Origin: Gemmatimonadota bacterium
GTDB taxonomy: Bacteria > Gemmatimonadota > Gemmatimonadetes > Gemmatimonadales > GWC2-71-9
DNA: 61,568 nt
Direction: 5' to 3'
Assembly: GCA_041498155.1 (NCBI GenBank)
Contig: JBGQHV010000001.1
Span: 1 to 61,568 of the forward strand
Shown here: positions 21,241-29,116 of the stretch, one piece after another
Layout of the letters: every line of letters begins with the position of its first letter
Position numbering within the stretch: position 1 is the first letter of the stretch
Position numbers and translations under genes: made by a program
The notes under the pieces: model-generated
Seen by the model: the letters and a program-made list of their open reading frames with translations, nothing else
Databases searched by the model: none
Told to the model about the DNA's origin: nothing

Positions 21241-21656
21241 CGGGTCGTCACGTAGTTCCCCAGAACGCGGTTGGTCGCGTTCAGGACCGCCAGGACTGCG
21301 CCGCGCGGCGGATCGGTTTCCGTCAGGTACGAGCCGACCATGCGCCAGGCATTTCCCTCCGAGCGCACCGACAGACTCACGATCACTACCGTCGCATCGA
21401 AGGCCCGGACCGACTTCACGCCCAGGAGCTCCAGCTCGACTCCCGGTATCACGGCCTCTTGCAACGCCTGCACCGCCGCCTCGGCCGAGCAGCGCAGCTC
21501 GCCGGCCTGCGACATCATGCCTTCGGCCACGCCCACGAACTCCCGGCCGTCGATCCACGACAACTGCACGCGCGCCCGGCACCGGCCGTCCGGGAGTCGA
21601 TCGAACCCGAAGACCTGGAACCGCAGCCGCTCCGCAATCGCCGTTCTCCCGCTCAT
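21237..21656 (-). CDS. Hypothetical protein C (139 aa), translationally coupled to the mltD-like gene
   Basis: Its stop overlaps the mltD-like ATG (ATGA at 21237-21240). The sequence is protein-like, with two similar beta-beta-beta-alpha halves ending in A-rich helices (SAEAAVQALQEA; GAVLAVLNATNRVLG). No family was recognised. Confidence 0.6.
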   Translation of the reverse strand: MSGRTAIAERLRFQVFGFDRLPDGRCRARVQLSWIDGREFVGVAEGMMSQAGELRCSAEAAVQALQEAVIPGVELELLGVKSVRAFDATVVIVSLSVRSEGNAWRMVGSYLTETDPPRGAVLAVLNATNRVLGNYVTTR

Positions 21657-21663
21657 GCGATCC

Positions 21664-21912
21664 TCAATCGAAGTGAACCTCTATTTGGGTGCGTCCTGTC
21701 GGGTCCGGAGGAGCCTCCACCACGTCCACCTCGAGCCGTGGCCTCCCCTGGTCGTCCCGTCGCGCCGATATCACCAGAATCAGGCCGCCGGCGAGCTCCA
21801 CCTTCAGGTGGCGCAGGTCCGAGCGGACCGTCACATCGCCAACTACCGCTCCACGCAACCGCTCCACCGCCGCCACGACGCGGCGCAAGTCCTGCAGCTC
21901 CAGTGGATTCAC
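21664..21912 (-). CDS. Hypothetical protein B (82 aa)
   Basis: The GTG at 21912 overlaps the stop of ORF A (GTGA), and ORF B ends 7 nt before ORF C. It starts VNPLELQDLRRVVAAVERLRG. The longer 135-aa form has a G/P-rich junk-like N-terminus lying inside ORF A. Confidence 0.5.
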   Translation of the reverse strand: MNPLELQDLRRVVAAVERLRGAVVGDVTVRSDLRHLKVELAGGLILVISARRDDQGRPRLEVDVVEAPPDPTGRTQIEVHFD

Positions 21913-22154
21913 GTGAGGCGCTCGGCCAAGAGACGGGCCAGCGCCGTGTCCGGCATCCGTTCTCCCTGCAGGAACAGTGCCGATCGGGACGCCTCCATAG
22001 GATGGTCCGTCCAGAGCGCAGGTTCCTGCATCCTGCCCGAATTCCCGCGGAACGACACCCTGAGGTGCCAAGTCGAGGAGTCCGCGGGAGGCTCAGCCAG
22101 CGGATCCGCGTTCCAAACCTTGTCGCCATAAGCGATTACGCGCCAGGCCATCAT
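21909..22154 (-). CDS. Hypothetical protein A (about 81 aa)
   Basis: There is an ATG-ATG pair at 22154/22151 with GAGG just upstream. The sequence runs MMAWRVIAYGDKVWNADPLAEPP...ALARLLAERLT. No family was recognised. Confidence 0.5.
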   Translation of the reverse strand: MMAWRVIAYGDKVWNADPLAEPPADSSTWHLRVSFRGNSGRMQEPALWTDHPMEASRSALFLQGERMPDTALARLLAERLT

Positions 22155-22204
22155 GACCTCAGAGGCCGCCCAATATGGGCCTAACTGCAAGTCAGGTCAA
22201 GACT

Positions 22205-23065
22205 TCAGTCGCCAGAAGTTGCCAGAGCGCGAAAGCGGAGGGCGAGGTCCTTGGTGACGGGGCCGGCGGTGCCGGCTCCGATCGTCCGGCCATCCAGGCG
22301 GCTCACACCAATGACTTCGGCCGCGGTACCGGTGAGAAAGACCTCGTCAGCGGTATAGAGGTCATAACGGTTCAGGGGGTTTTCTTCGACCCCATATCCA
22401 GCATCGTGGGCGAGCTCGATCACGGCGTCCCGGGTCACACCCCGCAGAATCCCGCTCCAGGGAGGGGGGGTGCGCAGGGTGTGATTCGCCACCGCGAAGA
22501 GGTTCATGCCGCTCGCCTCGGTGACGTATCCGGACGCGTCCAGCATCACCACCTCATCGACGCTCGCGGCGATGCCTTCGACTTTGGCGAGGATGTGTGC
22601 CAGGTAATTCAGCGACTTCACGCGCGGCGAGAGGTTTTCCCGGTGACTGCTCGGGGTGGCCGCGGTCAGACAGGTCAGGCCCCGCTCATAGCGATCCTGG
22701 GGCCACAGTCGGATGGTGTCGACGATGCAGATGACGGTCGGCGTCGAGCATTTGCGGGGATCGAGCCCGAGATCTCCCACGCCGCGGGTGACCACCAACC
22801 GGAGGTAGGCGTCGCGCATCCCACTCTTGGCGAACGCCTCGGAGACGATCGTGGTCATCTGCGGCCGTGGAACCGGGATGTCGAGACAAATCCCCTTGGC
22901 CGAGGCGTACAAGCGATCGAGGTGCGCCTCGAGACGGAAGATCCGACCGGCGTAGGCGCGGATCCCCTCGAACACCCCGTCCCCATACAACAGGCCGTGG
23001 TCGAAGACGCTGACCACGGCCGTGTCGCGATCGTAGTACTTCCCGTCGATCCAGATGGTCGTCAT
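22205..23065 (-). CDS. ilvE: Branched-chain amino acid aminotransferase (class IV fold)
   Basis: 286 aa with VFDHGLLYGDGVFEGIRAY, LHLDRLYASA and TGTAAEVIGV. Confidence 0.9.
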   Translation of the reverse strand: MTTIWIDGKYYDRDTAVVSVFDHGLLYGDGVFEGIRAYAGRIFRLEAHLDRLYASAKGICLDIPVPRPQMTTIVSEAFAKSGMRDAYLRLVVTRGVGDLGLDPRKCSTPTVICIVDTIRLWPQDRYERGLTCLTAATPSSHRENLSPRVKSLNYLAHILAKVEGIAASVDEVVMLDASGYVTEASGMNLFAVANHTLRTPPPWSGILRGVTRDAVIELAHDAGYGVEENPLNRYDLYTADEVFLTGTAAEVIGVSRLDGRTIGAGTAGPVTKDLALRFRALATSGD

Positions 23066-23112
23066 GCCGGGGGAGTAATCTCGCTCCCCCGGCAGACGGT
23101 GACAACCCTACA

Positions 23113-23997
23113 TCAGTGACCGCCGGACCCGTCGCCGCCGTGCCCGCCGTCGTGATCGTCCCCGCTGTCGCCGTCGTCGTGGCCGTCGTGGTCCCGGTCC
23201 TCGAACGCGTTGATCGAGCGTTGGATGTTCTCACGCACCAACTCCTCGTTGGCCCCGCCCGCGTTCGCGCTCCCCGGATCCACCAGGCCCGCCCCACCGG
23301 CGCCGGCGAACCAGCCCGAGATGTCGAAGCGCAGCGTCACACTCGCCACCGAATCGGCGCCGACCGCGAGCGGCGGGTCGATTCTCACCTCTTGCTCGGC
23401 TTCCAGCCCCGATTCGAAAGTGAAGTCGGTGCGCGTGCCGTGGTGACTGAAGGTCCCGGTCACCCGGATCGACACAGCGGCGAAGTCGGGATTGGCGGCC
23501 AGGAACGTGGAGTCACGCGGCAGCCTGGGCGCGTGGATCTTGAACTCGAGCTTGTCATACTGCCCGGCGGGCGCGGTGACGTTGACCAGGGCCGCGATGG
23601 CCGTGTCGCCGAGCGGCAGTGAGACCAGCACCGGTCCGGCCTTGATCTCCTCGCACCCCTCGTGATCCCGCTCGGCCGTCGAGTCATCGCCGGCGGTGGA
23701 GTCGTGATGCTCCCCCTCGTGCTCCATGGCGGAGCTGTCGGATTCACACGCCGCGACCTCGACCGGTTTGAGCTCGATCCGCCGCACCACGATGTCGACG
23801 CTACGAATGAATACGGTGTCGGAGTCGGCCGTGATCACGGTGGAATCGCCCGCCGCGAGCACGCTCGCGCCGGCGCTCGCCGTGGGGCGCTGGGCAGAAA
23901 CGGCCAGCGCGATGCGGCCACGCCCGGCCCCGGGTCCCGACCCGTCGGCCATGCATGCCGCAATTCCGAGCGCCAACACCGGGATGATTGCCTTCAT
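23113..23997 (-). CDS. Lipoprotein paralogue 1 with acidic/His-rich loop and His/Asp/Gly tail
   Basis: ATG 23997 gives MKAIIPVLALGIAAC (lipobox), with an SD-like AGGGGGA upstream. It shares blocks with the two genes upstream: VLAAGDSTVI, RRIELK, AGPVLVSLPLG, APAGQYDKLEFKIH, ANPDFAAVSIRVTGT. The C-terminus is FEDRDHDGHDDGDSGDDHDGGHGGDGSGGH. Confidence 0.8.
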   Translation of the reverse strand: MKAIIPVLALGIAACMADGSGPGAGRGRIALAVSAQRPTASAGASVLAAGDSTVITADSDTVFIRSVDIVVRRIELKPVEVAACESDSSAMEHEGEHHDSTAGDDSTAERDHEGCEEIKAGPVLVSLPLGDTAIAALVNVTAPAGQYDKLEFKIHAPRLPRDSTFLAANPDFAAVSIRVTGTFSHHGTRTDFTFESGLEAEQEVRIDPPLAVGADSVASVTLRFDISGWFAGAGGAGLVDPGSANAGGANEELVRENIQRSINAFEDRDHDGHDDGDSGDDHDGGHGGDGSGGH

Positions 23998-24120
23998 TGG
24001 TTCCCCCTGGAAATCGGGTGACAGGCACTGCGTACTTCTCGACCGACCTGACGGGCACGCGGCGTGCCTCGCTTGGCGCACCGGGGCAATTCGCGCAAGC
24101 CTATGCCATTCAATACGTTG

Positions 24121-24149
24121 CCCCGTGACCAGAGAGTCTGGTCACGGGG
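24121..24149 (-). terminator. Hairpin between lipoprotein paralogues 2 and 1
   Basis: Perfect 13-bp stem CCCCGTGACCAGA / TCTGGTCACGGGG with a 3-nt loop, 58 nt downstream of the paralogue 2 stop. The U-tract is weak. Confidence 0.45.
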
Positions 24150-24206
24150 CTGTTTGCACCGAAATGGGCCAACTGGTGCGTCGCGAGACAGCAAAGGGCC
24201 GAGCGC

Positions 24207-25025
24207 TCAGCTGCCCTCGTGATGGTCGTCGTGGCCGTCGTGGTTGTCGTCTTCAAAGGCATCGATGGATTGCTCGATGTTGTTCTTCACCAGGCCCTCG
24301 TTCGGCCCGCCGTTGTTGGCCGACGCCGGATCGACCAGGGCGCCGCCGTTCACGAACCAGGTGGACACGTCCATCCGGATCGTGAGGTTGGCGCCGGCGC
24401 CAGCGGTGACGTCGAGGGGCGGAGAGAACGCCATCTCCTCGGACGCATCGAGGTCCGACGTAAAGACGAAATCGCTGCGCGATCCACCCTGGCTGTACGT
24501 CCCCGTCACGCGAATCGAAATCGCCTTGAAATTCGGGTTGGCCGCGATGAATGCCGCTTCCTTGCTGGACGTGGTATCGGTCTTGTGGATCTCGAACTCC
24601 AGGTTGTCGTACTGCCCCGCGGGCGCGTCCACCGTGACCGCGGCCGCGGTATTCGCGGCGCCGAGTGGGAAGCTCGCCAGCACGGGTCCGGCCTCGAACT
24701 CCTCGCAGTCGCCGTTGCCGGAGACGGTGTCGCACGAGGCCGCCTCGAGCCGCTTCAGCTCGATCTTGCGTAGCACGACTTCGACGCTGCGCAGAATCAC
24801 GGTATCGTTGCCGAGCGCGATCACGGTGCTGTCGCCCGCGGCGAGCACCGCCGGGGAGGTCAGCCCGCCGGTCACCGACGGCGCCGGCACCGCGCCGGGC
24901 GCCTGCCGGGCCGAGAGCGAGAGGGTCACATTGCCACCGGCGCCGGTATTGGAGCACGCCGCGGCGCCCACCAGGGCAATCGCCGCCGCGATGCGGCGGG
25001 TCAGCGCCAACTTTCTGTCGGTCAT
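24207..25025 (-). CDS. Lipoprotein paralogue 2
   Basis: ATG 25025 (GGAG 6 nt upstream) gives MTDRKLALTRRIAAAIALVGAAAC (lipobox). It carries the same conserved blocks as paralogue 1. The C-terminus is FEDDNHDGHDDHHEGS. Confidence 0.8.
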   Translation of the reverse strand: MTDRKLALTRRIAAAIALVGAAACSNTGAGGNVTLSLSARQAPGAVPAPSVTGGLTSPAVLAAGDSTVIALGNDTVILRSVEVVLRKIELKRLEAASCDTVSGNGDCEEFEAGPVLASFPLGAANTAAAVTVDAPAGQYDNLEFEIHKTDTTSSKEAAFIAANPNFKAISIRVTGTYSQGGSRSDFVFTSDLDASEEMAFSPPLDVTAGAGANLTIRMDVSTWFVNGGALVDPASANNGGPNEGLVKNNIEQSIDAFEDDNHDGHDDHHEGS

Positions 25026-25205
25026 CTTGATCTCCAGGTCGAGGGACTGCGTCGAGCGAACGCCCAGGAGGTTTGCACGGCGCATGCCCCGACTCCGATT
25101 CGCGATCCGCATACCCGCCAAGCAGTTAGCTGGCGTGCGCAAGATCACTGTGACTGGAGATTGTATCGAAACGAGCCAGCGATGGGACGTGACGGAGCAG
25201 CGGTC

Positions 25206-25970
25206 TTACGGCTGATCGTCCTCCAGCCCATCACCGTTCGAGTCGCGGAAGACTCTCAACGAGGTGCGGATATTGTCCCGGACGAGGCCCTCGTGCGGTC
25301 CCGCCAGGCCGGCGGTGGCCGGGTCGATGAGCGACTTGCGATCGGCACTGCGGAACCAGGAAGCGACATCGACCCTGAGGGTGATGTGCACCGAGTCGCG
25401 CGCGGCGACGGTGAGCACCGGCTCGATCGTGATCTCCTCCTGTTCGTTGAAACCCGAGGCGAACGTGAAGTCGCGGCGTTTCCCGGCCCGGCTGATCGTG
25501 CCGTCCAACCGAATAGACGCGCCGGCGAACTCGGGGTTCGTCCGGAGCAGCCCCGAGTCGGCGGCGGGATCCGGCCGGTGGATGATCGCCTGGAAGAGAT
25601 TGTAGTCGGTCGCGGGCGCGGGTTCGGCGGATCGCCGAACGGTCCCCCGACCGAGGGGCAGGTCGATCAGCACCGGAGCGTCGTCGAACTCGACGCACGG
25701 CGGGTTGTCCTCCCCTTCCTCTTCTTCGCATTCGTTCGAAACGGCCGGGGCGATCGCCAGCTCCGCGAGCATGATGCGAACCCGATGGAGAAACAGGGTG
25801 TCCCGCCCCTGGATCAGCATGGTATCGGTGGTGACCAGCGGGCCCGCCGAGTCGCCAGAGGTCGGATGGCGCGCGGAAAGCTGGAACACGATGGCCCCGG
25901 TGGGGGCCTTCTCGCGGCAACCCGTGGCGACCGCGGCGGCGATGATCAGGCACAACGATGTAGCGCGCAC
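25206..25970 (-). CDS. Lipoprotein paralogue 3 (more divergent)
   Basis: GTG 25970 (GAGGAG 5 nt upstream) gives VRATSLCLIIAAAVATGC (lipobox). It has the same Cys pair and the blocks APVLIDLPLG, TNPEFAGASIRLDGT and LVRDNIRTSL. The C-terminus is FRDSNGDGLEDDQP. Confidence 0.75.
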   Translation of the reverse strand: MRATSLCLIIAAAVATGCREKAPTGAIVFQLSARHPTSGDSAGPLVTTDTMLIQGRDTLFLHRVRIMLAELAIAPAVSNECEEEEGEDNPPCVEFDDAPVLIDLPLGRGTVRRSAEPAPATDYNLFQAIIHRPDPAADSGLLRTNPEFAGASIRLDGTISRAGKRRDFTFASGFNEQEEITIEPVLTVAARDSVHITLRVDVASWFRSADRKSLIDPATAGLAGPHEGLVRDNIRTSLRVFRDSNGDGLEDDQP

Positions 25971-26012
25971 GGAATCTCCTCGGGGGTCCCCGCGTGACTG
26001 TGGCGCAATATA

Positions 26013-27155
26013 TTGCCACCGGCCGTGAGTCCCAACGTTCCGTTCGCATTGCGACGGCCCTGGCTCATCACCAGGGACCTGTTTCACCATAGAGCGCGCC
26101 CGGATGTGGAGGCCCTGCAAGGGGTCGCCGATCCGGAGTCGTTCGTGTGGCGCATCCTGCCTCACGCCGCGCGGACCTTCGCGGCCTGCATCACGCTGCT
26201 GCCGGCGGACTCGGCGCGGGCGGCGGCGGTGGCCTACCTGTACTGCCGCATTCTCGACACCTATGAAGACCTGATCCCCCCGCCCGGGGAGCGGGAGGCG
26301 GCGCTGGCGGATTTCGGACGCCGGTTCCAGGTGTCCGACGGCGCCCCGATGCGGCCGGCGGTTCGCGTCGACGCGTCCCGCGCGCGCGACCAGCGGGACC
26401 GGACGCACGTCGTCCTGGTGAACCGGTGCCACCTGGTGGACGAGGTGTACCGCACCCTCTCACCGCACACCCGTCGGGACATCGCCGAGCTGGTCGAGTC
26501 GATGGCCACAGGGATGATCTGGTCGTCCCGGACCTTCGGGGATCAGGGGGGCGCGCTGCGCGACGCGGACCAGCTGAGCCAGTACTGCCGGAACGTGATC
26601 GGACTACCATTCTTCTTCGCGGTCCGCCTGCTGCACCAGCAACGCACGGGGGAGCCTGCGGTGCCCGACGCCCTGCGCGAGGACTGCCTCCGGGCCGGCG
26701 AGATGGTGCAGCTCGCGAACGTCACCCGGGACATCGAGAAGGATCTAGGCCGCGGCGTCGCCTACCACCCCGCCCTCCGGGCGGACCTCGGCCGCTCGGA
26801 CTTCGACGATCCCGGGCTCCAGGAGCGGATCCGGCAGGTGCGGGAGGAGCTGCTGGTGCGCGCGCTCGGCATGGCCCCGGCTTACGAGCGGATGATGGGC
26901 GCGATGCCCTTCCGGGCGATCAGCCTGACGCGAGCCTCAGGCGTGTTGATGCTGCAGTTCACGGATCGCTACTACCGCTGGTGCGCCCGGAAAGTCGGCC
27001 GGGACGCGTGGCCGGGACCCCGGTCCGCGCTCTCGCTCATGGTGCTGACCGCCGGCCACGTCGTGTCGGCGCGGTGGGCCGCGAGCACGGTCCGGCGCAT
27101 CACCGAACGGTTCCTGCGATTCGCCGCCGTCGAGGAGCCCCGCACCCGCTATTGA
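26013..27155 (+). CDS. Squalene/phytoene synthase family protein (squalene-synthase-like motifs)
   Basis: AARTFAACITLLP, then YLYCRILDTYEDL (a DTxED-type first Asp-rich motif), then LANVTRDIEKDL (second motif NxxRDxxxD). The start is uncertain: TTG 26013 sits inside a palindrome, and GTG 26025 or later is possible. Confidence 0.72.
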   Translation: MPPAVSPNVPFALRRPWLITRDLFHHRARPDVEALQGVADPESFVWRILPHAARTFAACITLLPADSARAAAVAYLYCRILDTYEDLIPPPGEREAALADFGRRFQVSDGAPMRPAVRVDASRARDQRDRTHVVLVNRCHLVDEVYRTLSPHTRRDIAELVESMATGMIWSSRTFGDQGGALRDADQLSQYCRNVIGLPFFFAVRLLHQQRTGEPAVPDALREDCLRAGEMVQLANVTRDIEKDLGRGVAYHPALRADLGRSDFDDPGLQERIRQVREELLVRALGMAPAYERMMGAMPFRAISLTRASGVLMLQFTDRYYRWCARKVGRDAWPGPRSALSLMVLTAGHVVSARWAASTVRRITERFLRFAAVEEPRTRY

Positions 27156-27715
27156 TCGAGCGGGCGCTGGAAGAAGGGCCCCAGTAGACCGAGCAGCGTC
27201 GAACCCACCAGGACCGCCACGCCGGAGAGCGCGGCCGAGTACCAGGCATAGGTCGCGAACGGCGTATTGGGCAGCGCGAACGCCCAGGCCACGTACGCGA
27301 TCGTGGCCGCGAGCATCTCCCACACGGGCCAGGCACCGAACTTGAGGGGGAGCGGCTTCTGCAGCGCCTTGATCTTGGCCGCGTAGACGAGCCACACGAC
27401 GAGCGGCGTGGCGGCGAGAAACGACCAGAAGGCCGCCCATTGCGCCGAGGTCACTCGGTCGGGGCGTTGAATCGCGGCCAGGACCGCGACGTAGAGCGTC
27501 AGGACTTCGGTGGGGATGTAGCCGAACAATACGTTGAGCGCCGTCTCCACCGCCTGACCGGAGCCGTTGACCGGACCTTCGGCCTCGGGCGCCGCCAGAG
27601 CCGGGCGAGTCGCCGAGGCCCGGGCGATTTCGTGGAGTCCCTTCGGGACGGCCTTGAGCGGCACCGTATCACCACGTCGCGCCGCGGCGGCGTTGGCCAG
27701 CGAGTTGATGCTCAT
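27149..27715 (-). CDS. Hypothetical membrane protein (4 TM)
   Basis: 188 aa with a strong SD (AGGAGGA) upstream of ATG 27715. The N-terminus is soluble, followed by 4 hydrophobic helices. No family was recognised. Confidence 0.65.
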   Translation of the reverse strand: MSINSLANAAAARRGDTVPLKAVPKGLHEIARASATRPALAAPEAEGPVNGSGQAVETALNVLFGYIPTEVLTLYVAVLAAIQRPDRVTSAQWAAFWSFLAATPLVVWLVYAAKIKALQKPLPLKFGAWPVWEMLAATIAYVAWAFALPNTPFATYAWYSAALSGVAVLVGSTLLGLLGPFFQRPLDQ

Positions 27716-27886
27716 GCGAAATCCTCCTGAGGTCGCATCCGCCAGTCTATGATTGCAAGCACTGCCCCGCTACCGGATTCAGGATGGCGCGAATCCCGCC
27801 CGCGGCAACTGTGCGAGCGGAAACCTCGGATCCCGCGACGTTGTTGCATCAACCGAGTGAACCCGTACACGGCAGGGAGATTGAGC

Positions 27887-29116
27887 ATGCCAGCGACCAC
27901 CAATCAAGCCCCGCGCGGGCTGGACGGCGTCGTCGCCGTCCGCACTCGCCTGAGCCACGTCGACGGAATGGCCGGGGAGCTGATCATCGGCGGCTACGAG
28001 CTGAAGGAGCTGGCGGGTCGCGTCAGTTTCGAAGCGGCGGCGCACCTGCTGTGGCGAGGAGCGCTGCCGACGGCGGACCAGCTCACGGCCCTGCGCCGGG
28101 AAGTGGCGGCGCTGCGCCCGGTCCCGGATGAGACCATGGGGGTGTTGCGGGCGGCGGCCGGCGCGCCCCCGGTGGACGCGCTCCGCATGGCGTGCGCCAC
28201 GCTGTCGCTCGATCTCCCCGACCCCAATGCCATCTCGCCGTCCGCCGACCTCGCGGCCGCGATGATGCTGACGGCGCGGTTTCCGACCCTGGTGGCGGCC
28301 CATACGCGGCTCAGCCAGGGCCTCGAGCCCGTCGCGCCGCGCGGCGATCTCTCGCACGCGGCAAACTTCCTCTACATGGTGCACGGCAAGGCGCCCGATC
28401 CAGTCGCCGCCCGGGCGCTCGACACCTACTGGGTAACCGTCATCGATCACGGCATGAACGCCTCCACGTTCACGAGCCGGGTGATCGCGAGCACCCGGTC
28501 GGACCTGGTAAGCGCCGTCACCGGGGCGGTGGGGGCGCTCAAGGGTCCGCTGCATGGGGGCGCGCCCGGCCCGGTGCTCGACATGCTGGTGGACATCGGC
28601 TCGGCGGAGCGAGCCGAGGCCTGGGTCCGCACGGAGCTCGATGCCGGACGGCGCATCATGGGGTTCGGCCACCGGGTCTACAAGGTCCGCGATCCGCGCG
28701 CCGAGGTGTTGAGCCGCGTGGCGGACGAGATGGGGCGGGGCCACATGGAAGACCGCCAGCTCTTCGAGCTGGCGCGGGGGGTCGAGCAGACCGTCCTCCG
28801 AGTCCTCGAGGAGGTGAAGCCGGGCCGGAACCTGCGGACGAACGTCGAGTTTTACACGGCGCTCGTGCTGCAGTCGCTGGGCCTCGCGCCGCGTTCGTTC
28901 GTGGCGACATTTGCCTGCGGGCGGGTCGCGGGGTGGTGCGCCCACGTCATCGAGCAGCACGCCGAGGACCACCTCATCCGCCCGCAATCCGAGTACACGG
29001 GGCCGCGTGGATCTGACGGTCGCCGGATAGCGCCGGCGCCCCGGCGCTCGGCTACGGAGCGCGCGCGGGGCCCGGACTCAGCAGCACGCGAATCTCGTGG
29101 TCCGCGATGTCGGTGA
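27887..29116 (+). CDS. Citrate synthase family enzyme (short type)
   Basis: ATG 27887 is preceded by GGGAGA. Catalytic motifs LKGPLHGGAPG and IMGFGHRVYKVRDPR are present. There is a ~30-aa R/P/S-rich C-terminal extension overlapping the convergent gene by 65 nt. Confidence 0.88.
   Translation: MPATTNQAPRGLDGVVAVRTRLSHVDGMAGELIIGGYELKELAGRVSFEAAAHLLWRGALPTADQLTALRREVAALRPVPDETMGVLRAAAGAPPVDALRMACATLSLDLPDPNAISPSADLAAAMMLTARFPTLVAAHTRLSQGLEPVAPRGDLSHAANFLYMVHGKAPDPVAARALDTYWVTVIDHGMNASTFTSRVIASTRSDLVSAVTGAVGALKGPLHGGAPGPVLDMLVDIGSAERAEAWVRTELDAGRRIMGFGHRVYKVRDPRAEVLSRVADEMGRGHMEDRQLFELARGVEQTVLRVLEEVKPGRNLRTNVEFYTALVLQSLGLAPRSFVATFACGRVAGWCAHVIEQHAEDHLIRPQSEYTGPRGSDGRRIAPAPRRSATERARGPDSAARESRGPRCR

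Noticed and set aside
21913-22071. Longer 135-aa version of small ORF B.
   Set aside because: The N-terminal 53 aa are G/P-rich and overlap ORF A, whose translation looks far more protein-like. The GTGA stop/start overlap at 21909-21912 gives a cleaner model.
25971-25997. Near miss to the ECF-type motif: GGAAT-N18-GTGA upstream of the squalene-synthase-like gene.
   Set aside because: The -10-like tetramer differs (GTGA, not GTCT), and the GGAAT overlaps the RBS/start region of the divergent lipoprotein gene. It is kept only as a candidate to re-examine if a position weight matrix is built.
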